Below, one piece after another: positions 22,446-36,600 of a DNA stretch of 64,000 nt; positions within the stretch are counted from its first letter, which is position 1; each line of letters starts with the position of its first letter. Source of the stretch: Perkinsus chesapeaki ATCC PRA-425 (Eukaryota > Protista > Perkinsozoa); NCBI GenBank assembly GCA_013115145.1, contig JAAPAO010000077.1, positions 1 through 64,000 on the forward strand, given 5' to 3'. Below the pieces are notes generated by a model. It saw only the letters and a program-made list of their open reading frames with translations. It was not told where the DNA came from and did not search any database. Both the position numbers and the translations under genes were made by a program.

Positions 22446-25400
22446 TCAATCCTTGGCTGATCTCCAGCGCCTCTTCACGTCGCCTACAATTCTCCTGTAC
22501 AAATCGCCATTAAAGTTGATCATACTTTTTCTCGCCTGGTGTAAGATATTTAGTCGTTCGACTAAGCGAATGCTTATTGAAGAACATTCCCGTATCGAAT
22601 AGCTCATTCGGGTCGGCTTGCTTAATGACTTCTCGGAAACGCTTCGCTTCAGAACTCAGCTGTTTCTTTGTTGACGCGATCCTCGAGTCGTCCACAGACA
22701 AACTCTGGCCGAGAAAATAGTTGAAGTGAAAAGAAGCGAAGATTGGCCCTGGCGAAGAGGAACTCACCTTCAGCAACTTCTCGTGTTCGCGATGCTGTTC
22801 GTCAAGAAGGAACGATCGGAACATATCAAAAGTCGGCAGAGAGTTACGCCGCGCCTTTCGCTTACCAACCGAAGTGGACTGTGTGGGAGCAGTTTTATTG
22901 AAGGACTAAATAGGGAGGATTTGGCTAGCGGTGATCCCCAGTCTTACGGTTTCGGATGATGACAGTCCGAGGACGGCTCGAGCATGCTCCAATTTCCTAC
23001 CGCGTTCTTCCCTAGCCTGAGGGCAGAGTAAATCACACTGTGAACCACTCGAACGAACCTTTCTCTCCTGTTTCGATTCTCTACCAGCAACCACACTGAG
23101 AGATTTATATATTTCAACCGGGGGAGGCGGAGCGAAGCAAACAACAGCCGACCGACCTGACGAGAATCAAGGCTTTTCAAGAAGGGCCTTCTAGAAGGCA
23201 AGGAAGATTCCTCACTGGCAGCAACGGTGAGCCTTCGCCGAAGAGCATCGGCCGTAAGGCTGCCTTCCTTCTCCCAATCAAGAGCGCCGAATACAGCCAG
23301 CAACGCGGGGCGGGATAGAGCCTAAGATTAGGTAAGATAACTCAACTACGATAGTGTTATCACCATCAGTTGATCTAATATAGGAAGATACAGCTGATAC
23401 GCGAAACGTAATTGTTAAGGAAACATCCTAGAGCAGAGAAATATCAAATCAATACGCTCGGAGAACCGCGAGTATCCCATGGGAGCTTCGTGCACCCAGT
23501 CTGGGTGACCAGGTGATTATCGTTTGCGACGCAACGTCCATTGCGTCACAGTAATTTACTTCAGCAGCCACATCACGCTGAAGCTTAGATCCTCGAATAG
23601 GTGAAGTAAGCTAAGGGCATAGACTTGATGCTGTTCTCTTCATGAAGCCACGAAGCTACGGAGTCGAAAAATCGGCACGAATCCTGCGGATCTATTAATT
23701 CAGCGCCGGCGGAGATGCTATAGAAAACTCACGCCAAGCTTGAGATTTCTCAATGCAACATCCATATCGATCATAGTAATCGACTCCGGTCTGCCGCGAA
23801 CTGACGCGATAGCCTGCACTGCTGCTGTGACGCTGCCAAACACACCCAGAAGATTGTTCGCCAATTCTCGGACTAGTCTGAAACACTCAGTGATGCTCAC
23901 TTCATCGACAGCTCTACCTTTGCTGGGTGATGTCCAGCTTAGAAAGCCACTCGTCTGGACCGAGTATAAAAACACCACGGTGTGCCCGGTAGCGGAACGG
24001 TGTCTGAAATATCGCACCATGAATTCACTAAAACCCGTAACATTCCGGGTTTCCCCATTCCCCGCGCCCACCTTCAACTCTTCGCTCCGCCCAGAGCTGC
24101 TCCGATCTGATCAAACGACTCTCAAAGTGAAGAACGTCCATGCTCACCTTTGCCAGTAGGCTGACCGCTAAAGATGATATCAAGATTGAGGTCTTTGATT
24201 CGCGCAACAGATTCGTTTTCGATCCTCGCCATATCGTCAAGTAAGCTTCCCAACTGATCGAATGAGGCTATACAATGCAAAACTTCCCTCAACTCTCTCA
24301 CATGGCTCTGAGCTTCCTTTTTCATATCACGGCAACGAGCTTCTTGATCTGTTATCTCCCGTAGCTCCTTCATGCGCGCTTCAACCTAGTAACAGCTTCG
24401 GTCAGTCCTCTGTCCTCAAGTCGCCCGGGCTTACGCTCTTTCTCACGTCCCACCATCGCCCCGTCAAGGCAACCAATCGCCCCGTTACTAAATTCAACTT
24501 CGACCTCATCACATCAGACGGTAAAAAGTCGCTTGGGAACTGTTCGAACTCTGAATGATAGATTCTCCAAAAAGCTCGAAAAGTTCCCTCCCGAACGCAC
24601 CGATACATAAGTTTTCTGTACGTTTTCGAGGGAACCTCCAGGAAGCTAGATTCCGACCATTCCTCTACAGTACTCTTTCTGTAGACGTGTGTAACCATTA
24701 TGAAATGAATTAATAGTATACAGTTTTAACACCGCGTAAAAGCGCAAGCTTTGATAGACTAGAAGGTTCTTTGAGATACGGAGGCGGTTGCGTGAGTTAA
24801 ATAATTCAACTGATCCGTTTACATACAATCATGTTGTTGAACATATTGATGCATTCGATGACGCTACTGGTGATATAAGACCTATTCAAGTTCAACGAAA
24901 GGTATCCGCTACCACTGCCCGCCATCGCTCGACCAAACCATCTCACCACGCAATGATCCAGGTCTATCAGATGTCGTTCTAGCTCTACCTCCAGACGACC
25001 CAGTGTCTCTTACAGAACCATTTTCCGACTCCAGTTCCTGATAGACATCCTGATCTAGCTCCCACCTCTCAGCATTTGCCTACCCGTGTCCCCACCACAT
25101 TATGTGGACTTACTGATGAATCCGATGCCGTAGCGACCCGGCCGGCGTCAGCTCCTCGAGCAACGAAGTTTTCTCTAGCATTTCCGATCGCTTTGAGGAG
25201 TTCTTCCTGACACACCGCGAGACCTAGAGGGCAATCGACTCTCATTAAACCTCACAGTGAGCTCCCTCTGTGTTGGGACGTCTCCAGTCGAGCCTTCCTC
25301 CGAGGCCCTAACGCGCTTCTTTCGAAATCTCTCAGCAACGTCGTCGATCGTTGCAGTTAATGACTCCGTGATCATTTCTGACACAGCTACGCGAGTGAGG

Positions 25401-28400
25401 GACTTCCTACCACTTGGAATCTCATCAACGTCGACAAGCGACTTCATCCAGCCGGTGGAGCCATCGATCCCCCGATTTCTCTCACTTCTATCATCATCGC
25501 ATAGGATGCTTTCTGCCACGTTGGTAGTGCCTGAATAATCAACCATTACTTTGCATTCTCCAGTGCATATCCAGAAAAGCGTCAACCTCCCATGTCCTTG
25601 CGAACTCAAGACTTGTGACAAGTCACTTGTCAGGTACCCGGATAAGCTCCTGGCTGTACTCGCTCAATGACGTTCCTAATTCGATGCAACTTGATAAGCG
25701 AAAGCTACCCAATTTCCGCCAGGGTGGGTTCGACTCACAACCGCCATTACTAAAGACGTCCGAAAAAGAATGGCTTTTCAGCAGAAAGACCGAAACAGCC
25801 GACGGCTTCACCAAATGAACAGACTTACCTCCGTCTCCGTCACTCGCTACCATCTCCCGCAGAGTTCGATCCCACTGTAACTCAGCAATACGTCGGAACT
25901 TAGGATGGCAGACATGTTTAAGGAACATTTTCTTCGATAGTGGAGAGTCCCTGGCATCATCAACTCATAACTCCACCAGGTCGCCAATGCTTACATGCTC
26001 TCAAAAATCCCCAAGGAGATCGCTCTGTCAACCGCGGCCGCGTCCGCTAGCCCTCGTCGAATTGCTTCTCTCAGGGTTAATAGCCCCAAATCGGTCCCTG
26101 AAAGGCCTCCATTCCGCGACTTTGAAAACAGTTCCTCACCGTAATGGCGCAAAAAGTTCTGCTGCTTCCTTACGGAAGTGAGCTCGAACAATCGACCCAT
26201 GAGATTCTTCTCAGCCGTTGGTGAGACCAAAACAGACTCAAGCTCGCCAAGATACTTTCTGCGATTGGCAGAAACATTCTACTCGAAAGATACTATTGAA
26301 ACTTACATAATCCACTCATCAACGAGATCATCGCCAGCGCACGGACAGAGGGACTTCAATAGCGTCCGGAAGGAGACGACTCCGATCCCCAAAGCGCCGC
26401 CCTTGAGGCTCATAAACCAGCTCTTAAAGTAGGATACCTGCAATCATTCACAGCGCATCGATCAGGAGCGATGAGACCTACCTTGTTGCAAAGCTCTCTG
26501 TGTAGGACGGTCATAGCGGCTTTCTCAACCTCCACAGTTCCGTCGTCTATCAGCATACTCCTGGCTCGCTCATAAAGTCGACGGAACTCGGAAAGCAGCA
26601 CTTGACGATACGATCCATCATAGGTCCTAAGAGACGGGACAATTGCAGAAAAACGGAGGATCTTGAAAATGCAGACACCACAGGCTTGTGAAGACATTTT
26701 AAAGAACCTCTGACAGAGGTTGCCCAAAAACATATATACACAAGGACGTGCGTTTCGAAACGGTCAAGAATTGCTCTAGAAGGATTTGCAGGCTTACAGA
26801 GGACACGAGCGATAATGAAAATATAACAAACAAAGGAGGGTTCTCCGAACTCATTTAACCCTCGGCAAGTTAGTTCCTGGTTGTTGCCCCTCACCTATCA
26901 GCGTGCGTCTTCATAAGCGCTAGGACGTTGGAAGCAACTACAACTTCATATTCATTGAGATACCGGCATTCGCTTCGATGGCTATGGATTGGGCAAACCC
27001 GACCGAAACCTGGGGGAAGGCAAATCCCAACATTCCAGAAAGTGGTTCAACTTACCAGCAGATAGCTCCACAGAGTATGTCGGGTCGTCCAAGGCCACCC
27101 TATCAGCAGCACTCTCCTTCAGCCCTCCTTTCGGTGACCCAGCAGCAGCAGCATTCGGCCTGATGTGGGAAGTACATCGAGCAACACAAGGGCAGATTCC
27201 TTATTAGAATTATTAGGAGCTAGTCTGAGCATGAGGATGATGTGCGAGCTCGTAATCGTCGAGATATCTTCCAAGCCCGAACTCTATTCTCAGAGAGCTT
27301 TTCGTACAATACAATATGACGTGAATAAATCGAACATCTTACTTTAGAAGTATCCCCCACGGAGACCAACATCTCAAACGGAAAATAGCATTGCGCTCGA
27401 CGAGAGGCAAGTAAACAGCAAAAGCGCTATACTCACTTTACGAGGCCATCGTAATATATTTCACCCGCAACACTTCGGCTGTCTCCCACCTACCTCAGAG
27501 AGGGTAAAGCCGCCATGGACCTCGAGACAGCTCCGTCCTCCAAGGCCCATCGGACTACTTCATCAACCGAGAGGCACGCTGTCTTTGGAAGATCATCAAA
27601 TGACAGGTACCTGGAATACATAATATCAATTTGCTGGTGTTGAAATATACTCCTTCATATGTGCGCCGACGAAGAAAGTTTCGACAGGAAAATAGGGTCG
27701 ATTTTTCGGAGCCTTCTAGCTCGAAGTAATGCACATATTGCGATCATTCGGCATGACAATTTTAGGACCCGCTTGAGGAACCGTCTACCTGTCGACCGTC
27801 CCAACAGCGAGGTCAAACTCTGCAAGTCCCCGGAACTTCTTACACGATATCGGCTATCATCTTAGCCTGCTCGTGATGACCAATGACATTTCCTCCACCT
27901 TCATCAGCAGCAGCTTGATACGGTGAAGCTTCCCCGCCCTCGATGATGATCCTCGAGGATACTGTGGTGAAGGCTCGAAGAAAATTGGCGACAAGCAAAA
28001 CCTAAAAAAGGAAGCTGAAAATTCGGTGAATGCGCCGCTGGAACTTTTAGAGTCCTTGAGAAGCGATGCATTTATTATCAATGGGCGCTCAGCGATCAAG
28101 TGTTTGGTTTGGTCATGCATGGGCTAAAGCGGATCCGATGGATCTAGCTTGACCTCAGAAATATCTTTTCATCATTGCTTCCGACCAACTAAGCCCCACC
28201 GCCTTTGGATTCTCTAAGCACTCAGTAAGTACTGGACGGATTCAGGGCCAAGCCTCTCCCACACTAATAGAGCTCAATAAAGTTATAAGTCATTTAAATT
28301 CTAAGTAAAGTAAGATTCTGATGGAGAACAACTCTAAATATCGCGCACCCATTCCCATTGAAGCTCCGTCTAAAGCCACGTGCGCACCGCCGTCTATGCG

Positions 28401-28960
28401 TATAATTAGCTTTCTAGGTTGAAGCTTGCTCGTAACGTCTCTCAAAGATACTCACCAGCTCATCGTATCCGATCAGGCCATCTCGGTCAAAATCAAACAT
28501 GCCCGCAATAAACCTCAATTTCGCTTCCACTGTCAATCCTCTACTCCAAAGGCACCCAACAGCCAGCAGTTGATACATATCAACACCAAGGTTAACTGCC
28601 TGCAAGCCATCAGATTCCCCGTCAATACGCAAACCCACACAGTACCTTTCCCAGCTCTGATGACGTAAAGTTTCCTCGATGATGAAGCGAGCACGCTAAT
28701 TTCCGCGCATCCCCAACAGATAGGCCGATCAACTGCGCCGTAGCCTCTTGCGTCAGTAGCGGTCCTGCATTCGTATGATAACTTATAACTATACAGACAT
28801 CATATCACCTTTAACGCAGCGGCGCCTGATAAAATGTGTGTACATCTCACAAAGCTCTGCTTGACTCTTTGATTTAAACACATCGAATTCGGGTACAGAG
28901 ACAGCCTGAGCAGCACCAATCAATTCTCTGTATTTCCAACGGGCCCCTCCCGAAGATGCT
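22446..28960 (-). CDS. Large multi-exon hypothetical protein with EF-hand-like motifs (may be more than one gene)
   Basis: EAKLRFIAGMFDFDRDGLIGYDEL (calcineurin-B/NCS-type EF hand) near 28.5 kb, FGALDWEKEGSLTADAL near 23.3 kb, and many colinear minus-strand ORF pieces. Confidence 0.45.
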
Positions 28961-29399
28961 CACTGAGCTATATAGAATACTTTGCATTCGAGTTGGTCCT
29001 ATGAGGCTCTCTGGTTTTAACTATTACAGTTTGATATAGTTTCCAAAAAGTATAGACCGAGTCTATTATATGCCAATAAAAGGAGTTAGTTCGTGGAAGA
29101 TTCTCACCAACTGGCCAACGTCCACAGATGTCATTCCTGCCATAGTAATACGGAGATACGAGTTATTCCAAGTCGCAATATCATGCACTCTGCAACGTCC
29201 GATGCAATCAACCCTCTAACACCCAGTCGCCGTTCCAGACCCCCTCCCCATGATTCGATTCTCAATGCTTTTACAGTGCAGCTCATCAACATTTTACCTG
29301 GCATTTAACTGGAAGCACCTCTTTAGTACATTCCCTAAAGAGTTCCCCCTGGCAAAGGATGTAGGCTAATTTCGCTAGCACACTGAATCCTTTTCGTAA

Positions 29400-30500
29400 T
29401 CAAGCGAGTTGTACCGGGCAATATACACATACACTTAAACCAGACGTCGATTATACTCTCATCACTGACCCTAGTATGACCTTCGTTCTTCCCTTCTCCA
29501 TTCCAACTATCAGCGGGTCTAGTAATGAACTATGTTCAGACCCCATTCAAGTGCTGCATCTCGGCCATTATAAGAAGAACTACCAAACGCTACAAAACGC
29601 TCCCCCTCCCAACACAAGCATGCTTCACTGGAAACGTTACAGTTTTCACACTTTAGTGTTGGTAGCTTTTAGTACAAGTATATGAGCTGCTTGGACTCCA
29701 GCCACCGTACCCGATATCATCACACAATGCTTCCATCTGAACAACGACCAACCGTAACCGTCTTCTAATTGATGACATTCTCCTTTCTTTTAAAGTGTGA
29801 CAAATCTACTTGACAATTATAACCGCTGGTGAAAACATTTTTCCAATACGAGAAACCTAGGATACGGTGCCTAGGATACGCAATTGTGTGTCGACTATCA
29901 CATCAACTTCCCCATCTTGCCGCAGAAACACAAGCGTAAGCAACGTATCTTGGAGATGCTATCTTCTACAAATCCCTCTTCCACTAGCCTCAATAACAGT
30001 AAGCAAAACCCTTAGACGTCCCTCAATATTACTTCGCTGCAAGTTGCTGACTAGTTATCAATGTACCAGTCTTAGCCATTATACTATCCAGTTCTCCTTC
30101 CTTTATTATCCTCTCCAAAGCCTCCTTATCAACATGGCATTCAATCACACAATGTGTCTTCATAACCTCCATTCCCTCTCTTGCTCCATCACCAATAACA
30201 TCTGCCGTAATCGATGTTGACGCTGGCGTCTCAGCATTCGATATGACCATTGAGGAATCTTCAAGGCCGTTCAACAAACCAACTCTGACACTCGGAATGC
30301 TTTCCTCCAATCTCCGATATACGCTCGCCTCTCCTTGATAAAATTAAGCTGACTATCGTTCCCTCTGGCTCACCTTCCGACAACTAATGGATATATCCAT
30401 CGGAATCATTTGAGAGATGTCAGATTTGCGTACTCAGGACACCTATTGAAGTTCAGTCCCCTGAATGTTTAACGAGAATCCCGAGGCTCCAGTGAGGATA
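29400..30500 (-). CDS. Hypothetical protein (multi-exon, boundaries uncertain)
   Basis: ORF 30029..30310 with protein-like composition and a GTAATA donor at its end. Confidence 0.3.
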
Positions 30501-30722
30501 CCAATCAGATGATCCCGTTTCGGCTTTTCACAACTACCTGCCCAAAATTGACCTCGAACATTGCTCTACCACTCTCCCTATTGATACAAACACAACATCA
30601 TCATTCCCCGCCAACTCCGAGAAAGAAAAAATACACAAGTGTCGATATACACTAATAACCCGCCCAGACTTGATGCAAGTAGCGCTCGCCCAGATAATCG
30701 ATATATAATAATTACGTTACTA

Positions 30723-32620
30723 CTAGCTCGAAGGTGGAGCAGCTGCCATCACTCCATTGGCCCCTGTCTGCTGCTGTTGCTGCATGAGGATGTCGTTCTG
30801 CTGCTCCGCGGCCTTTTTCAACGTTTTCGATTCCTTCACTCGGTTGCATTTGTTAATGCGAATCCCTCCACGCTTCTTTATTTTCATACGAATGCGATCT
30901 CCCGATGATAGATTGTAATACGCCAAAGACTTGCTGTCGTCGCTGAAAACATTAAGGTGCTTTCCCCCATCACCAGCGAGACATACCGGCCAAATTTAAT
31001 CCGGAATTCCGGCCTTCATACCCCATATACGACAATACAATTTCTCTAGGGCCAATCCGGAGACCCGTTATCAACGTAATAATTGTGAAGTCCGTTCTAC
31101 CCTGTTCACTATATATTCGAAGACCGCCACTATCAAAGCCACGATCTTTTTTTGTGGTCATACAGTTATCTCGAAGTTTCCCCTTCCCCCAGAGCCCTTA
31201 TTACTTCAGCACTCCAGTTTCCCTCACAATAAGCTTCATAACCCCTGTTTTCCATCCCTGTGCTCTCGACTCTAGCATAGCCTTAAGCTCCCCAATGGTC
31301 ATTCGCATACTCAAATCATCAATAACTATATTATTAGGTGACACTTGGCCCTTCTGTCGAATCGGTGCTGGAATTCTTTGTATTATACGTAGAGAGAGAG
31401 TATCACCTGCCATAAGACTAAATCGATCACGTGATCGATTTCATCATTCTACGCACTCTCAAGAATTTTCTAAACGTTCTCAAAGACCATTATTCAGACG
31501 ACGAGACAGAGCCAGTCATCGACCCGATGCCTGGCAACGGTTATATTTTAAAAAGTTGAAAACGGTTGAAAAGATAACTGAATTTTCTTCAGTTTTGCCG
31601 GCTAAATCCCACTTCAGTCACCCAGCACAAGCACTACCTTTCTTAGCAATCCATTTATCCTCGGGCAGCAGATCAACTCCCAATGGTCTTCTAATGCACA
31701 GATCACGCATGTGGCCTCGCCAAGGGTCGATGGCTCCGAATCCACGGACGTCCAATTCACCCCTTTTCGCTTTATCACAAGTTGATATGATGAAGCCGGC
31801 CTTGGAATGGGCGTTCAGGAAAAACGCGCTAAAATAGTTTGGAAGATATGAACGAAATCTGGGATGTTTTGGCTTATTTCAACCACAAGCAATTAAACCG
31901 CTCTTAAATGAAAATAAATGAACTTGAGCCGCCGCCTTCTAGTTGATCTTCTAGTAGTTCTAGATTGATCCCGATTCCTTTTGCCACTTCAGTACATGGC
32001 CGGAAAATCACAAAGTGCCCTTGAACCAACCTGGGCCGAATGACGAGGAAAATATGTATTTTGAGTGGCTTCAAATTTAAAAGGGTTACTTGGCATGCTT
32101 TTCATAAGGTCAGAGATATTATTCAACAAAGCCCTGAAGCGATGGACTCTTACCGATCCGCATCCAAATGGTCCATAACCTTCAACAAAAGAACATCCGG
32201 AAGAGATTGCATCACCACCACACACTTGAGATCAAGTTCACCAGGGCGAAGTGTTCCATCTGAAGCCGTAAAAATTCATACCACATTTCCTCCTACTCGC
32301 GCTCAGGTATTACCCCGAGACCTCGCCGCCGAGTGCAATGCGGGTGTCTCCACGGCAATCTCAGACTGGTCCCTCACCCAGACCAAAATCGATCATTCGA
32401 TCGATTCGCGCTATTCCTCCATTACTACCTTCCAAGTACTTCACGATCCTACTCCTCACTGGTTTCGGCAGGAATCTTGCCGCGTTCATCGCAGCATCGT
32501 CGCCGTATTTATCCAACTCCGGGCAATAACTATCCGGCTGCGTCCCCAACCCTAGCGGTGTCTCATCCACAGGATTCCATTGCATTCCAACATACGTATC
32601 ACGATCACCTAACAACAACC
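30723..32620 (-). CDS. Hypothetical protein with an F-box-like motif and a C-terminal ubiquitin-like domain
   Basis: VMQSLPDVLLLKVMDHLDA near 32.2 kb; spliced UBL MTIGELKAMLE..MKLIVRETGVL|NDDSKSLAYYNLSSGDRIRMKIKKRGG, similar to the SF3A1-type UBL tail. Confidence 0.5.
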
Positions 32621-33666
32621 AACATTCGTCACGCGCCACAAAACTCCCCTTAATTACTCAGAACTTTCATCTGCGCACATTGTATATGCTTCGCTCTCTC
32701 CTCCGGTGTAGCCAATGTAGTTTCATGACCATTACCGCCAGCGATAGGACGTGGCTCGCGCATGGCCGAAGGTGGCTGCGGCATACCCGACATCATACTC
32801 CCGTTATGGTTCATATTGAAACTCATCGAACACTAACATACATAGCGAATCAGTTCATACCGACATTCCCTCCGTTATCTACTTGGTAACTCTCTCGAAG
32901 TACCCCTGTACTCCCTAGGATAGTCTAATACAGCCCTCCCCAATGAAATAAAACATTTCGTTTTTTAACGATTTCTCGTCTGCTATTGAGTGTGCGACCT
33001 TAAAATTCTGCAGCATAGTACTAGAAGACACAGCAAGGAAGAATATGCAAATCGATCAACCATTTCATGCCTGGGTGCAAAGATACCGGCGCGCGAAATT
33101 TACCGCGCGCGCAGGACTGCCTCGGTAAAATAGAATACTTTCGGAAGACACGCGATAGAACCCTTCAATAGTATAACTAAATTTCAAAGAACAGCTCTAC
33201 TCCATTCCTCAACAGTGGTGGGCGTTGGGACGCGGCGTCATCGGCCGTCAGCTCTCTACTCATAGGAGCGACACTTTATCCCAAGCCCATCATCCACCGA
33301 TTTGAGGGCAACGCCAGGGAGGTCACTTGTCATCATACATGTCATACCCCAGACTACTGAATCATAACCGAGAGCTAGCCAAAACCGCCGCGGTTAATTG
33401 GTAGAACCAGAGCCCTTCTAATATTACCAAGAGCTAGTTCAAGCAATCCTCCCGGAACCTCCTAATAAGAAGACGCGAACCCGACTAAAGCGAAAGAATT
33501 AATAACTGCATTTATCCACAATCTACCCTCATCCTCCAATAGGGCCCTATAAGACATGCTTAACCAAAAGGAAGAGTAGGTGAACTCAACAGTTACTATT
33601 GCTACTACGTAGGATAATAAGTTGGGAAATTGTAATGAGTGATCATTCGATCGTTCATCATCATCA

Positions 33667-36600
33667 TCACACTGTGATCTCGACCTCATACTCGTGATCG
33701 GCACCCATGAAACTATCGCTCATCAAACACCTAAAATATGATACAGTACATAGTCAACAATTATCAATTATAAAATATATATCGGAAGAGGAGCGGTATG
33801 GAAAGCTAAGAGAATTGTTAATATTGCAACAATAGCGAATGATGACAAAGACAAGTAAAATGTAAAAATCGATCGCAGAGAGAGATACCAACTATACGAT
33901 GTAAGTGGCAAATATATGGCAATGTACAAAATAACAGAGATACTGTTTCCATCCAGGATCCTCCAAAACGAAAACGCTTCACCGAAACCAGAGCAACCAA
34001 GAGCGCGTATTCGTCCCTACAATGTATAAGCGTATTTCCCAGGCTTCTCCGGCAGCCTAAACTGCAGCTTCGCCTTCACTTGAGCTTGATTGATAGTAAC
34101 TCTACGGATCGCAACAAGACTGTCCTTCATACCAGCCACTAACCACCAGGATTCCTCCTTCTCACCAGGATAATACCTAGCAGCTTCAACCATGCACCAC
34201 ACCCGATCTAAAGATACTCTTACTTAGCGTAAACCGGCACGAATCCAGCCGTTTTATCGATCACACCCAGATCGCCATCCCTCTCCAATACAATAGGAAT
34301 CTGTCACGAAATCGATCAACCAAATCGATCAACCGTTTCATCCTACAGTCACAGTCGTGCCATCCTTAGACTTGTTGATTTTATACTCCATATTGATGCT
34401 CGGGAACTGATTGCACGCTTGCGCAACTTCAGCAACTTGTGACTCCGACAAATTCCGGAATAGTTTATTCCTCTTATCATCGTCCAAGTCCAATATATCA
34501 AGCACATCTTCAACCTAAGATACCATCCCACAAAATGGTAAGCAAAAATCGCTTCGCTCCGCCTACATCCATTTTCTTAGCCTCATCCACGATATCCTGA
34601 GTAATATACGGTAACTGCATCAACAGACTAGTGTCCGGTCCCATCGCCTGGACAATCATCTGTGACAACTCCATTGCTCTCAATGCTACTCGGTACCTAA
34701 CACCAAATCGATCACCTGGGCGCGCGCTAAATACAAATCCTACCATTCGTTACTGGCAACAACATCAACCATGGCTTGAATAAGCCTGGTGGAGTTGATG
34801 AGGATGGTCCTCTGGTCGGCTGCGAGATCAGATCCTGGAAGCCTTTGGCGGGCCAGGTGGGCGTGGAGGAGAATAATGCACTTAACGACCGGATCGCCCT
34901 GCTTCAACTTGTTAGTTTCCACAGGAACCTAATCGATCAAAGTGCATCCAAGTCAACCTTAAGATACTCCCCACCTTCAGACGCTCAGCCAAGTTCCTGA
35001 GAGGTCCCTCCTCGCCAGGGCGAACAGGAATAGACTCGAATTCCGTCGCGCCACATAATGCTTCGACCAGAGCGCGCCTCTTGCTGGTGCGGGTGATGTT
35101 GCGTGAGAAGATCTCAATAGTCGATGGTCTCGTGTAGTAATACCTGATTAAGATAACAACAATTTTTAAATACAAGTGTTGATCATATAATTTAATTTTA
35201 ATAATCAATTCACTCAATCTGACAGTAAAAATTTTTAAATAAGTCTTGAATTGTAAAACATAAGCTTAGCATCAACCTAAGATACCAAAACCAACCCAGA
35301 CAGTTCTATTATGTATATTATTTTGATTCCACAATAATCAATATGTAGCCTGCGTATCTGTGATATAACGACGAAGCTCAGCCCACACCACATTGCACCA
35401 TGCTCACACTACAACCCCATCGAACGAGACTACTATTTTCGATCAACTTGATAATATTTCTTCTCAAAAACGTCAAGACGGTCACGCCTGGCGATTCCCC
35501 CTCGGAAGATTCCAAAATATCCCCTTAAACGTTGATTGAAATGTATAGAGAAGCGATATGACGTAAATATAAGACAACAGCAAATACATCCCACTTACGC
35601 TGCCACCATGCCAAGATTAGTGCTGCTCAAGGTTATCTCATCATCACCAATTTCGATACAGCCTGTCTGAGCCAAAGCATCAGCAGTCGACTCGATAATC
35701 TCAGACAAGAAATCTGATATCTCTTGTGGCGACACACCCTACAAAAAAGTTAAACAAAAAACGCTTCGCTCCGCCGCTTACCTGTAACGAATAGTAGTTA
35801 GGATTGCGTGTGATTCTTCTATAGAAGAATGTCCATGTTAACCAATCCACCGCATCTTGCTTGTTCTCTATGGTACCCGAAACAACCTAGAAAGAATCTT
35901 ATCATCGCACTATAAAGATTTCAGATCCGCCCCATTGAGCGATCAATGACATTCCAAGGAACATCATCACTTTTCCATTTCCCATCCAATTTTTAAACCC
36001 GGAATTAGCCCATTTCGTTTTTAAAATGAATCCTCCAGTTCAAGTTCCCATGTATCGTATTCAGGAAGTGTCCATGACAGTTTATATCGGTATCATAGAA
36101 AAGTTCTTCACAAAATTCCGAGTCCTAACTCTACCATTCAGTCCAGAGGTTTATTCTCATCTACTCTATAATATTAAATATTATTATGACGCATTTATAT
36201 TAATATTTTTTATTATATTTCATGTATATAATATCTACATAAATTCACACCATGCATAATCAATTCCTCAACCCGCCCACCTCAGCATTAAGATGATCCG
36301 TAAGTTTCTGATCAAGTTGAGATTCAACGGGCATCGGCTCATAAATGAACTTCTTATAGTAATCCTTCTTGGTAGTCGGACACAACAGTGCACACCTACA
36401 AAACCGGTAAACAAAAATCGCTTCGCTTCGCTAAACCTACGTAGCATGATCATCAATTCCAGGCCGACCAGCAATGGACATCATCTCAACTACATCAGCA
36501 ACATCATAATCGACATAACGACGTTGCCTGATCAAACGCAAATCGATCACGCGATCGATTTCACATCCATCTCACCTGGCATCATACTTAACCGTATCCA

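Noticed and set aside
26978-27163. Q/P-rich plus-strand ORF
   Set aside because: An open minus-strand frame here fits the surrounding minus-strand gene; cannot be supported independently
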